Shown piece after piece: positions 41,469 to 51,721 of a DNA stretch of 64,000 nt (its first letter is position 1; each line of letters starts with the position of its first letter). The position numbers and the translations under genes were made by a program. The notes below the pieces were generated by a model that ran no database searches, was not told the DNA's origin, and saw nothing but the letters and a program-made list of their open reading frames with translations. This DNA comes from Nitrososphaerales archaeon (GTDB lineage: Archaea > Thermoproteota > Nitrososphaeria > Nitrososphaerales > UBA213): positions 1 to 64,000 of the forward strand of contig CBDAOC010000017.1 of the NCBI GenBank assembly GCA_965197925.1. Direction: 5' to 3'.

Positions 41469-42628
41469 CCGCTTGCATATTTGTATTTGAACGGAGAAAT
41501 CTGTCTCAATGTGTCAACAATCCTTCCCATATCTTTTACAGTTTGTTCAATTTCATCAATCGTGTTATGTATACCAAGTGTCAATCTCAATGAACCAGTT
41601 ATCTCTTCATGGTTGAAACCCATTGCCTTCAAAACATGTGAAGCTTGTTGCTTCTGAACAGAACATGCAGAACCTGTTGAAGCCTCAATACCAATTTCGT
41701 CTAGTTTGGTAATTAGATCTTCGCCATTCACACCTAGAAACGTGAAATGTGCATTGTTAGGTAATCTCAGTATTGCATGCCCATTCAATTTAGCATGTCT
41801 TATACTTCTTAACGTTGAATCGATTAAATGATCACGTAATTTGCCAACTCGATTTTCATATTCATCCATATAATGCATTGCTAATTGCGCGGCTTTACCC
41901 ATCCCTACTATACCAGCAACATTCTGCGTTCCAGGTCTGATCTCTTCCTCCTGTCCTCCTCCATGCAGTATGGGGTCAATCTTCAAATCACTCTTAATGC
42001 AGATAGCACCTACTCCCTTTGGACCATACATTTTATGTGCAGATAATGTTATCATATCAATTCCTGCAGCTTCCATATCAATAGGTATCTTTCCAACAGC
42101 CTGCACAGCATCTGTATGAAAGACAATTTTATATTCATGAGCAATCTGCGCAATTTTTCTGATAGGTTGTATGGTTCCTACCTCGTTGTTGGCAAACATA
42201 ACACTAATCAAAATTGTTTTTTCATTAATGGCGCTCTCTAGCGCATCAAGGTCAACTATTCCATTACTGTCAACCGGCAAGTAGGTGACATTGAATCCGT
42301 TTCGCGCCAATTCGTTACAGGGTTTAAGAACGGATTCATGCTCAATGCCGCTGGTAATTATATGATTACCTTTTGCTTTCATAGAACTTGCAAAACCTTT
42401 CAAAATTAGATTATTTGCTTCAGTGGCACCCGAAGTAAACACAATTTTGCCTTTAGAATTGATGAGCGTAGAAATTCTCTTTCTGGCAAGCTGTAAGGCA
42501 TTATTTGCCTGCCTTCCCAACCTATGCATAGAAGATGGATTTCCATAATATTCTTTCGTGTACGGCAGCATTTCATCCAGAACTTCCTCCAATATGGGTG
42601 TAGTAGCTGCATGATCAAGGTAGACCAT
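41465..42628 (-). CDS. iscS: Cysteine desulfurase (IscS/NifS type)
   Basis: YLDHAATTP, GNPSS, FTSGATE, SAHKMYGPKG, GGGQE, STGSAC. Confidence 0.95.
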   Translation of the reverse strand: MVYLDHAATTPILEEVLDEMLPYTKEYYGNPSSMHRLGRQANNALQLARKRISTLINSKGKIVFTSGATEANNLILKGFASSMKAKGNHIITSGIEHESVLKPCNELARNGFNVTYLPVDSNGIVDLDALESAINEKTILISVMFANNEVGTIQPIRKIAQIAHEYKIVFHTDAVQAVGKIPIDMEAAGIDMITLSAHKMYGPKGVGAICIKSDLKIDPILHGGGQEEEIRPGTQNVAGIVGMGKAAQLAMHYMDEYENRVGKLRDHLIDSTLRSIRHAKLNGHAILRLPNNAHFTFLGVNGEDLITKLDEIGIEASTGSACSVQKQQASHVLKAMGFNHEEITGSLRLTLGIHNTIDEIEQTVKDMGRIVDTLRQISPFKYKYASG

Positions 42629-43423
42629 TCACATCACATTAAGACTTCCAGTAATATACCCTCTCGCCTCTATTGCAATATACGTGTAGCCTAGTCTCTT
42701 AAGATTGACGTCCAGTTCATCGAGTTTTTCCTGATCAAATAATAAATATCTCTCATTTCTACCAACTTCGATCCTAGCAATTTCATTATGGTCTCTAACC
42801 CTAACCTGTTTTACACCAAATAGTTGTTTGACGATTGCTTCTGCTATCTCTATCTTCTTGAGCTTGTCACTTGTAACCTTTAGTCCATGCGGAATTCTTG
42901 ACGCCAAGCAAGCATTAGATGGTTTGTCGAATATAGATAAGTTTAATGTATAAGCGATCTGCCTCACTTCACTCTTCTTTATCGATAGCTCTGCTAGAGG
43001 ACTCTTTACACCATTCTGTTGTAACGCAATAAGACCAGGTCTGAAATCTTCAAAGTCCTCCACATTAGTACCATCAACTATTAATTTCGTATTTTCCCTA
43101 TTTGCGACCTCAAATAAGTGAGTAACAAGTTCGGTTCTGCAATGGAAACATCGGAATTCATCATTCCTGACAAAATCTGGGTTTTCTAGTTCAGAGTACT
43201 CTATTAATTTATGTTTAATTCCTATTTCTTTCGCTACTTTTCTAGCACTTTCGAGCTCATCGTCAGAAAGTGTCTTGTAATCAGCGGTAACCGCAATGGC
43301 ATTGCCATCCAATGCCTTCTTTGCAGCATAAGCAACAACCGCGCTGTCTACTCCTCCAGAAAGAGCAACGATTACCCTATTCTTACCTGAAAACCATTGC
43401 ACTAATTCATCAAACTTTTTCAC
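42629..43423 (-). CDS. larE: LarE sulfur insertase (PP-loop)
   Basis: SGGVDS, RCFHC, DGTN..D..DFRPG, CLASRIP, QVRVRDH, ARIEV. Confidence 0.93.
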   Translation of the reverse strand: MKKFDELVQWFSGKNRVIVALSGGVDSAVVAYAAKKALDGNAIAVTADYKTLSDDELESARKVAKEIGIKHKLIEYSELENPDFVRNDEFRCFHCRTELVTHLFEVANRENTKLIVDGTNVEDFEDFRPGLIALQQNGVKSPLAELSIKKSEVRQIAYTLNLSIFDKPSNACLASRIPHGLKVTSDKLKKIEIAEAIVKQLFGVKQVRVRDHNEIARIEVGRNERYLLFDQEKLDELDVNLKRLGYTYIAIEARGYITGSLNVM

Positions 43424-44655
43424 GATTGGTTCACTGCTAACTTATCCATTATTGAATGTTGTATCATGGTTGATGCAAGAGGAAATGGTATTCCCAACTT
43501 CATAGATACACTCTTCACATCTTCGTATTCTGGTTTTGCATATACCACTCTATTCTGCTCTTTGACTGTTTTAACCCGTATATTAAATTCCTCACCCTTA
43601 ATTCTAACGGGTATGGTAAGTATTATTCTGGGCCGAACGTACCGCGAAGTTTGATGAACTCTTACGCCTAAAGTACCAGACTCCTCTACCAATGCATTTA
43701 GGACAGAATTTACAAACTCGTTTTCGCAAATTACACGTATAATGTATCCCGGCCTGTTTTTTTTGGTTGTAGTGGGAATTACGCTAACATCTTTTACACC
43801 TTTCTCCACCAAGGTATCGATAATATTTCCAATCATTTCACCAGTTGCATCGTCAACATTTGTTTCTAGGACATGAATAATGTCCATCTGCATCTTTTGT
43901 ACTTCTTTACCTAGAACAATTTTTAACAAATTTGGGAATTCTGTAAAGTCCTTTCTTCCCGCGCCATACCCTACTCTACTTGGTTGAAACGCTGGGTAGT
44001 AATCCAATGATCCTTTTGCCAGATTAACCAGCATTGACGCACCCGTAGGAGTTGTAATTTCACTGTCAACCGGCCCACCTATGAGTGTAAAATTTCTATT
44101 CTTAAAAATCTCTAGTATTGCACTTCCTGGGTTTGTTATTGTTCCATGCGAAAATGTCAATACACCTCCTCCAACAGCAACTCTGCTTGAATATATTTCT
44201 GTATTAAATAATCCCAGATCCTGTATTGCAACAGCAGTACCAACAATATCAACAAGCGTATCAATACTTGATGCCTCATGTAAATGTACATTACCATATT
44301 CCTCACCATGCACATTTGCTTCAGTTTCTATCAATGTTCTTATGCTTCCCAAGGCGAACGCCTTCGCTTTATTTTCTAGATCCAATGAATCACAGCATTG
44401 TGCAATCGAGTCGTAGACATCTACCCCCTTTCTCTCATGCAGATCATCATCGATCTGTAAATTCAATGCCGTAGCACGAAAGCCCGATCGCTTTACCTCT
44501 AAAAATGATAAATCTACTATTTTGCTGCCTTCATGAAAATTCTGGTATGACAATAATGCATTAATGACCCTATTCTTATTTGCCCCAATATCAATCAATG
44601 ACGAAAGTAACATATCTCCAGAAATTCCAGCGATCTGACTGTCAATGACTAACAT
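43420..44655 (-). CDS. larC: LarC nickel insertase
   Basis: GISGDMLL, VHG...HLHE, DTLVDIVG, EITTPTGA, GYGAG, ETNVDD, KKNRPG, GTLGVR, KPEYED. Confidence 0.93.
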   Translation of the reverse strand: MLVIDSQIAGISGDMLLSSLIDIGANKNRVINALLSYQNFHEGSKIVDLSFLEVKRSGFRATALNLQIDDDLHERKGVDVYDSIAQCCDSLDLENKAKAFALGSIRTLIETEANVHGEEYGNVHLHEASSIDTLVDIVGTAVAIQDLGLFNTEIYSSRVAVGGGVLTFSHGTITNPGSAILEIFKNRNFTLIGGPVDSEITTPTGASMLVNLAKGSLDYYPAFQPSRVGYGAGRKDFTEFPNLLKIVLGKEVQKMQMDIIHVLETNVDDATGEMIGNIIDTLVEKGVKDVSVIPTTTKKNRPGYIIRVICENEFVNSVLNALVEESGTLGVRVHQTSRYVRPRIILTIPVRIKGEEFNIRVKTVKEQNRVVYAKPEYEDVKSVSMKLGIPFPLASTMIQHSIMDKLAVNQS

Positions 44656-44782
44656 ATAATATAGAATGTATATTTTTTATATAAATTTATTTTAAAAAAT
44701 TCAAAGTTATGGAAAGGTTTGATAAATCAGTTGCCGACTCGGTTTATGCAAACCTATAAGTAATTGCAGAAATGTAGGGCAT

Positions 44783-45700
44783 CTTACGATAACGATTATT
44801 GGTTCTGGCAAGGTTGGAAGTTCTATGGCGTTGCAGATTGCAATGAAGGAGCTTGATACACAAGTCCTGTTACTTGATGTAGTGAAAGGACTTCCACAGG
44901 GAGAGGCTATGGATATTTCACACTTACTCTCTGAAAGGGGCATCGACACTCATGTTAAAGGATCGAATGACTATGGAGACATGAAGGGTTCAGAGATTGT
45001 TGTAATTGTCGCAGGAGTTGGTAGGAAGCCGGGAATGACTAGAATGGATTTGCTTAACACTAACGCTTCAATCATTAAGAGCGTCGCAAAGAAGGTAGCA
45101 GAAAACTCAAAAGATACCAAGGTGATTACAGTCACAAATCCATTAGATCCTATGACATATGTAACATTGAAGGTCACACAGTTCAGCCCTAGTAGAGTAA
45201 TGGGTATGGGCAATATGTTAGACGTATCAAGGTTCAAGAACTTTATTGCAGATTCTACCAAAGCTTCGCGATCTACAATAGATGCTTTGGTAATCGGTGA
45301 ACATGGAGAGAATATGCTCCCATTGACACGATATTCATCAATATCAGGTATACCCTTGACTAACTTTTTAGATAATAAGGAAGTTCAACACATAGTCGAG
45401 GCTACGAGAAAGGTAGCAGCAGAAGTTATAGCGTTGAAGGGTGCAACGATCTTCGCACCGGCAAATGCTGTTACACACATGGTCGAGGCAATAGTCAAGG
45501 ACAAAAAGGAAATAATGCCTGTAGCAGGTTTTCTTACCGGTCAATATGGTATTAACGAGATCTGCATAGGTGTCCCAGCAGTTCTAGGTAAAGATGGAAT
45601 TGAAGAAATAATTGAACTTGAATTAAATGCAGAAGAAAAGGAATGGTTTGACAAGGGTGTTAAAAGTGTTAAAGATGCAATTGAAGGAATCTCATTTTAA
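44783..45700 (+). CDS. mdh: Malate dehydrogenase (LDH-like)
   Basis: [11 protein letters not shown] lies in frame upstream of the first ATG (44825); [26 protein letters not shown]; start codon unresolved. Confidence 0.93.
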   Translation, partial: LTITIIGSGKVGSSMALQIAMKELDTQVLLLDVVKGLPQGEAMDISHLLSERGIDTHVKGSNDYGDMKGSEIVVIVAGVGRKPGMTRMDLLNTNASIIKSVAKKVAENSKDTKVITVTNPLDPMTYVTLKVTQFSPSRVMGMGNMLDVSRFKNFIADSTKASRSTIDALVIGEHGENMLPLTRYSSISGIPLTNFLDNKEVQHIVEATRKVAAEVIALKGATIFAPANAVTHMVEAIVKDKKEIMPVAGFLTGQYGINEICIGVPAVLGKDGIEEIIELELNAEEKEWFDKGVKSVKDAIEGISF

Positions 45701-45808
45701 CCCTAATATTTCTATAACTTTTCTAGGATGTGAGGATTACCCGATTAGTATAACCGATTCTATTCTTTTTAAGATACCCCCATATTGACCTAATAGGCGT
45801 CTAGCAAA

Positions 45809-46678
45809 TTGCAAAACACTATTAACATAGCCGTAATAGTAAAACTGGAGCCAGATCTCTCCGAAGGTAATGTAAGTTATAATTCAGATGGGACACTCAA
45901 CAGATCGCAGACCAAAAGTATTCTGGGTGCCCATAGTAGAATAGCTTCGAGGGCTGCCTTGTATTCCAAAGTTCTCTATGATACAAACATCAAAATATGT
46001 ACAATGGGACCACCTATTGCTGATACAGCACTGAAGCAAGCATTAGAGGTATGTGATGCTGATGAATTGCATTTGTATAACGATAGGGCATTTGCAGGTG
46101 CAGATACTCTTGCAACAGCAGAAGTTCTCAAAACTGGCATAGAATTTATGGGTTCTATTGATTTGGTGATCAGCGGACATAGAGCAGTTGATGGTGAAAC
46201 TGGTCAGACTGGCCCACAAGTGGCATGGAAGTTAGGTTTCAACTTTCTGGGCAACGTTATCGATTACAGAGTGGACACCATTAACAAAATACTGCATGTA
46301 TCAAGGCTTATAGAAATACAAGGGCTCTATAATGTTCTAGAAGAAGTTGAATGTCCATTACCAGCATTGATTGCTGTAGACCCTTCTTACAAGGACAATT
46401 ACAGTACCGTCTCGCAGCGGCTAAAATACGAGAGACTTCAAAAGAATGCATCAAAAAGGGCTGAGAATTATAAGAGGTATCTGAATGTATGGAATGGTAA
46501 GGATCTTGATATTGACAAGAAAAAGGTAGGCCTACCTGGATCTCCTACCATAGTGTACAAGGTTGAAAAGGTTCCTAGGGCCAAAGCGAGTAGACAGACA
46601 AAGAAAATAGATATTGACAGCGACGGTCAATTGAAAGATCTTAGCAAAAAATTGGTGGAGATACTTAGCAACGGGTGA
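45809..46678 (+). CDS. fixA: Electron transfer flavoprotein beta subunit (FixA/EtfB)
   Basis: TMGPP, DRAFAGADTLATA, DGETGQTGP, GLPGSPT. Confidence 0.92.
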   Translation: MQNTINIAVIVKLEPDLSEGNVSYNSDGTLNRSQTKSILGAHSRIASRAALYSKVLYDTNIKICTMGPPIADTALKQALEVCDADELHLYNDRAFAGADTLATAEVLKTGIEFMGSIDLVISGHRAVDGETGQTGPQVAWKLGFNFLGNVIDYRVDTINKILHVSRLIEIQGLYNVLEEVECPLPALIAVDPSYKDNYSTVSQRLKYERLQKNASKRAENYKRYLNVWNGKDLDIDKKKVGLPGSPTIVYKVEKVPRAKASRQTKKIDIDSDGQLKDLSKKLVEILSNG

Positions 46679-47847
46679 AATGCATGAAGTTTGAACATCT
46701 TATAGTATGTTTTGAGCATGATGATGGACATCCTGCAAACGTAAGTTTCGAGATGCTTGGAGAGGCAAGAAGGTTGATGGATGAATTTAACGAAAAATAT
46801 TCGCTGAATGAAAAGGTTATAGCAATAATCCTAGGGCATAATATAGGGCCTTTATGCGAAATGGCAATACATGCTGGTGCTGATGCTGTAATAATCACCG
46901 ATCATCCCGAATTGAGGTACCCAAGGACAACTATTGATACTAAAGTGATATGTTCAATAGTCAGAGACAAGAATACTATTGCAAGAGCAGTTAAAGTATC
47001 AGAAGAATATGTCAAACCTAGATTCATGTTCTTTGGTGCTGATGCTATAGGAAGGCATTTATCATCTACTGTTCTGGCTGAATTAGAATCGGGGCTAGCA
47101 TCTGATGTTAACAAGTTGGTTATTGATGACGTGCCTATTCAACATCAACATAAAACCAAGGGAACCCCTGAAGTGTACGAAAAAACGTTATTGATGTATA
47201 GACCAGATTTCAGCGGATTTCTGTGGACTCAAATCTTGTGTTTGGACAACAAAAATCCCGAGATTGAATTCGAGTTTTCACCCCAAGCATGTAGCATAAT
47301 TCCTGGCGTATTTCAACCCGTTAATGATAAGAGCAGGAGAGGCAATGTCGTTGAATATGAACCAACTTTTTCTGACAAGGATCTTAGATTCCGGATAATG
47401 AAGAGAGAGGTGATAAAGAATGAGGTACCATTGGAAGATTACAAGGTGGTGGTTGCTTTTGGTAGAGGAATAAAGGATAATCCAGAATATAATATTAAAC
47501 TGATTGAAATGTTAGCCAAGTCATTAGGTGCCGAAGTCGCAATTTCTCTTCCATTATCAAAACAACCTTACAACATAAGCCGGTCATTGAAATCAACTTA
47601 TTTCATTCCAGCAAGAGTGATAGGCACAAGTGGAAAGAAAATACAGCCGAAATTATATGTAGCAATAGGTATTAGCGGTGCTGCACAACATATAGTAGGG
47701 ATGAAAGATTCGGAATTCGTTTTATCCATAAATCCAGATCCGGAGGCACCAATCAAAGATGAAAGCGATATCTACATACACGGAAGAATGGAAGATGTCT
47801 TACCTAAATTGATCGATTTAGTGAAAAAACTAAAAGGCGATACATGA
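46675..47847 (+). CDS. fixB: Electron transfer flavoprotein alpha subunit (FixB/EtfA)
   Basis: AGAD, GLASD, FGRG, IGTSG, PKLYVAIGISGAAQHIVGM, INPDPEAPI. Confidence 0.92.
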   Translation: MKCMKFEHLIVCFEHDDGHPANVSFEMLGEARRLMDEFNEKYSLNEKVIAIILGHNIGPLCEMAIHAGADAVIITDHPELRYPRTTIDTKVICSIVRDKNTIARAVKVSEEYVKPRFMFFGADAIGRHLSSTVLAELESGLASDVNKLVIDDVPIQHQHKTKGTPEVYEKTLLMYRPDFSGFLWTQILCLDNKNPEIEFEFSPQACSIIPGVFQPVNDKSRRGNVVEYEPTFSDKDLRFRIMKREVIKNEVPLEDYKVVVAFGRGIKDNPEYNIKLIEMLAKSLGAEVAISLPLSKQPYNISRSLKSTYFIPARVIGTSGKKIQPKLYVAIGISGAAQHIVGMKDSEFVLSINPDPEAPIKDESDIYIHGRMEDVLPKLIDLVKKLKGDT

Positions 47848-49736
47848 TGGAAAAGTATGATGTTGCAATAGTGGGGGGTGGTTCTTCGGGTCTAGCAGCC
47901 TTAAAAGAATTATCCAAATTTGGTTTGCAAGCTGTTGTACTTGAAGCAGCTAAACCGGTGGGTTCCAAGAGCGTTAGTGGCGGAATACTTTATTCCAAAA
48001 TGTATGAAACTGCTATTGTTCACAATGTAGAGGAGGTTTATGAAAATTTCCTTGAGGAAGTTCCTGTGGAAAGGAGAATCAATAGTTATTATCTTAACGC
48101 AGTCTCAGGCAATAAGGTTTACACTATCGACCTAACTGAAGCGCATAACTATCAGACCAACTTTGCCTATTCAGTCTTGATGGCTAAACTTAATGGATGG
48201 TTTGCAGTACAGGCCGAAGAAGCGGCTCAAAAGAATGGAGGCGGTATTGTTTCAGGCGTTCATGTAAATAATATTGTATGGGAAAATGGCAAGACAATAG
48301 TTGAGACTGACGAACTTGAGCCCATACAGGTTAGCGCTGTTATTGCAGCCGATGGTGTGAATTCTGAAGTTGCCCTCATGGTTGGTGCCAGGAAAAAATT
48401 CGATTTGGAGGCTCTTTATCAGGGCGTGAAATCTATAGTAAAATTGCCCGAAGATATTATCAATGAAAGGTATAATTTGAGAGACGATGAGGGCGTTGCC
48501 CATTTATTTGCAGGTGATATTTCTAGAGGACACAATGGTGGTGGTTTCATTTATTCGAATAAAGAGACGCTCTCTGTTGGGTTGGTTTATCATTTGGACT
48601 CTTTAATTAAGAGTCCAATTGAACCATATAGCTTACTTGACAGCTTTCTAACGATCCCTCAAGTGAGTAATTTCATCAAGGATGAAGTTCCCTTTGTGAA
48701 GGAAATTGATAAGAATCTTCCAAAGGAGGAAAAGTTGAGAATAAGGTTCGGTATGAGTAAGTTATTGAAGTTATGGGCTGAATTGCGATACATATACTAT
48801 TCTAAAAATGCTAGAAAAAGAAATTTGGAATCTGGGCTATATAAAAACGAAGATGAATTGAAGCAAAGGTTGGATGAAACCAGAAAGCAGCTTGAAAAAC
48901 AATTTGGAGTTGAATTTGGAACCAATTACGTGGAACTAGAATATTCTGCGAAACTTGTCCCAGACGGTAAACGGGCGTTGATGGAGAAACCTTACTCCAA
49001 TAATGTATTGTTTGTTGGTGATGCCGCTGGAAGAGGTATATTTGTGGGCACAAGAATTGAGGGGATAAATATTGGTATAGATGATGCTGCAAGGGCTGCA
49101 AGAGCTATAGCAAGGGCAAAAGAGAGGAATGCTTTTACAGAAGACTATTTGGGCAGATTTTATGGGGATCTGATAAACGATAGCCCCTATACCAATGATA
49201 TAAAGAGAATAGATTTTGAGTATTTACGAATACTCGTAAACAAGTGCAAAGACATTCCTACCGAATCGTTTAACTTGTTTCTTCGCTTGGGATTCATGCT
49301 CATACAGAAGGCATCAGTCCAGGAATTTGCTAAAGCTGTCACGAAAATGTTAGATCAGCGATCATTGCTTGCATTGATTGAAAGCAATGAAGCGTATGTA
49401 AAGATACCTATGGAGGTTGCTGAAAAGATAGGTAAAAATGTCGAATCCGACTATGAAATAAGACCGCCAAGCATAGATGAGAGGATAGCCAGAATTAAAA
49501 TAAATGATGATCCAGAACCACACATCAAGATGATTGATCCTAATTCGAAGTTCATTAAAAGCATGGTTCAACTATGTCCAACGAAATGTTACATAATGGA
49601 GATTCTAAACAAAGAGAGGTTCAAATCCCAAGTTATTTTTCAACATGAGGGTTGCATTGAGTGTGGTACCTGTGCAAATGAAACTAACTGGAAGCATCCT
49701 AAGGGTGAGAGGGGAGTAACTTATGAATATGGCTAG
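47844..49736 (+). CDS. fixC: FixC-type FAD oxidoreductase fused to a FixX-like ferredoxin
   Basis: GGGSSG, KSVSGG, ADGVNS, GGFIYSN, EYSAKLVP, VGDAAG; C-terminal PHI...CPTKCY...GCIECGTC...WKHPKG. Confidence 0.9.
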   Translation: MMEKYDVAIVGGGSSGLAALKELSKFGLQAVVLEAAKPVGSKSVSGGILYSKMYETAIVHNVEEVYENFLEEVPVERRINSYYLNAVSGNKVYTIDLTEAHNYQTNFAYSVLMAKLNGWFAVQAEEAAQKNGGGIVSGVHVNNIVWENGKTIVETDELEPIQVSAVIAADGVNSEVALMVGARKKFDLEALYQGVKSIVKLPEDIINERYNLRDDEGVAHLFAGDISRGHNGGGFIYSNKETLSVGLVYHLDSLIKSPIEPYSLLDSFLTIPQVSNFIKDEVPFVKEIDKNLPKEEKLRIRFGMSKLLKLWAELRYIYYSKNARKRNLESGLYKNEDELKQRLDETRKQLEKQFGVEFGTNYVELEYSAKLVPDGKRALMEKPYSNNVLFVGDAAGRGIFVGTRIEGINIGIDDAARAARAIARAKERNAFTEDYLGRFYGDLINDSPYTNDIKRIDFEYLRILVNKCKDIPTESFNLFLRLGFMLIQKASVQEFAKAVTKMLDQRSLLALIESNEAYVKIPMEVAEKIGKNVESDYEIRPPSIDERIARIKINDDPEPHIKMIDPNSKFIKSMVQLCPTKCYIMEILNKERFKSQVIFQHEGCIECGTCANETNWKHPKGERGVTYEYG

Positions 49737-50020
49737 CAATATGGTATTTTGAAATTTATTCCTTATCCATTTCAGCCTAGATAATATTGATACTACATTT
49801 TTTTAAGTATAGGTTACAAGATTTAGTCTAAAAATAATGTAAGCAAATCCATTTTCCAATTTGGTCATGAGTGAATTTATACCTCCTTTTCAGGTTCAAA
49901 CTCATTAGCAGCAAAAATCTTGAAAATTAATAGTTCTTCTCTTCTAATTTAGTGATTTGATCAAATAGCTTCCAATTAGATCCTTAGTAAACATGTTCTT
50001 CCTGCAAGTGCAAGCTAAAT

Positions 50021-51186
50021 GAGGCTTGGGCGTAATTTAGTTCGAAACGATAAGTTCAGATTCCATTTTTCATTGGTAATGTGTTTAGCTCAGACTCGAT
50101 ACTTCTTCATATATTATTTTTGATTGACGTGATTCGGACAAAACCTAATAGGAAAAGGGGTAGACCATTCTACTATTCTCCTACAGTTATGGTGAGATGC
50201 TTCATCGTTAGAGTATGGATAAGAATATCAGGCAACAATGCTTTGCATGAATATTTTTCGATAGACATGCCATACAACAGGAAGGTAATGAAGGCATGTG
50301 GTCTTGATAGGTTGCCAGACAGAAGGACGTTTGATAGAAGGTTCAAGGCCGTATCAATTGACATAAGATCAAGGATAGATGTTATGGGTATGCTCTTCAT
50401 AAAAGATGGGTTGGTAGACTTGCGGGATAAGGCCCTGGATAAAGGGCAAACTTGGGATGGGTATGCTCTTCATAAAAGATGGGTTGGTAGACCCAGCCAT
50501 AATATCCGTTGACAGTTCATTGTTGAAAGCAAAGGGACATGTATGGCACAAATCTAGCATGAAGAAGAATGAAGTGCCACGCTCCGGTATAGATACAGAT
50601 GCTCGATGGGGCTACAGCAGAACCAAGGGATGGGTATTCGGATACAAGATACATCTAGCATGTAGTACTGGTTCGTTGATAGTTCCATTATCAGCTGATT
50701 TCACAACAGCTAACATTACTGATAACAAGATGTATGAAAGCATAACATCTTCATTGCCTACAGGAATGGTAAGGTATGTTGTAGGAGATGAAGGATATGA
50801 TGATCACAAGTTATGTGATTTCAGCAGGTATAGAGGGTATCCAGTATTCCCATTGGAAAGGTATAGGCATACTACAGATAATAATAGACTGGCATTGCTG
50901 CAGTTCTATCAATCGGAATTTGGGCAGCATGTATATTCTCGGAGGAGCATAAGCGTTGAGCCATTGATAGAGCATATGAAGGATGTATTTACCATAGATC
51001 CATTGCCAGTTAGAGGATTTGATAAAGCTAGGAGCATCGTTCTGATTTCTATATTGCTATACCAGCTGATGGTATACTACAACTACTTGACAGGAAGACC
51101 ATTAAGGGCATTGAAGCACATGTTGGGAAGTTAATCAATCAGATGCATCAAGTTATTTTTGTTATATGGAATAATGCCCATGCCTC
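50021..51186 (+). mobile_element. DDE_Tnp_1-type IS, copy A; transposase split only by a 73-bp insertion
   Basis: TIRs GAGGCTTGGGC / GAGGCATGGGC (rc), 4-bp TSD AAAT; ORFs 50081-50512 and 50457-51134 (SVDSS, FGYKIH, GDEGYD, RRSISVEP). Confidence 0.95.
50384..50492. repeat. 36-bp exact direct repeat around a 37-bp unique insert (repeat-spacer-repeat)
   Basis: ATGGGTATGCTCTTCATAAAAGATGGGTTGGTAGAC at 50384-50419 and 50457-50492; insert TTGCGGGATAAGGCCCTGGATAAAGGGCAAACTTGGG; single copy in sister IS copies B and C. Confidence 0.97.
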
Positions 51187-51247
51187 AAATAAATATTGGT
51201 ACTGGGTTAACAAAATCTTTAAACCAAATGCCTAATAGTTGTAGAGT

Positions 51248-51721
51248 ATGAACAAATGGGCAGCAATAGTAGCGGTGATAATAGCCACATCAGCATTAGT
51301 CTTGTCTTCATCAATTGACACTATCGAGAGTCAAGTGGATACCATTGACGTATTTGACTCTACAACTATCTTACTTGATTTCAAAAAGCTAGAAGCAGCT
51401 GATTACATGATCTTGTACAGCTCAGGACCAAAAATCATAACTTCAGGGAGTATTGTAGCTAAACTACCTTGCGACGAAAACTCTGATCCAAAGGATTGGA
51501 TGTTGATAGGAGGTGTTGGTACAGACCTCTCTAGCTTTCAACCTATAGAAGTACAGCTTACCCAAGGTAATCCTGGAAGTATGTGTGCATATGGAGCCAA
51601 CATACTAGGTGAATATGCAACGATTTCTGTAGTAGTGATGGTCAATAACGGCGGCGATGCAATAAGATTACCAAGGACTTCAACTATTATAGTAACGGTG
51701 CATGCTTTAACTTCACAATAA
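51248..51721 (+). CDS. Secreted hypothetical protein
   Basis: Signal peptide; DSTTILL, VAKLPCD, PGSMCAY. Confidence 0.8.
   Translation: MNKWAAIVAVIIATSALVLSSSIDTIESQVDTIDVFDSTTILLDFKKLEAADYMILYSSGPKIITSGSIVAKLPCDENSDPKDWMLIGGVGTDLSSFQPIEVQLTQGNPGSMCAYGANILGEYATISVVVMVNNGGDAIRLPRTSTIIVTVHALTSQ

Noticed and set aside
45735..45760. Short direct repeat (CCGATT x2) upstream of fixA as an operator
   Set aside because: Too short to distinguish from chance without comparative data.
50384..50492. Calling this a bona fide CRISPR array
   Set aside because: Only two repeats; the repeat is transposase coding sequence; no leader or adjacent cas genes. Reported as an integration scar instead.
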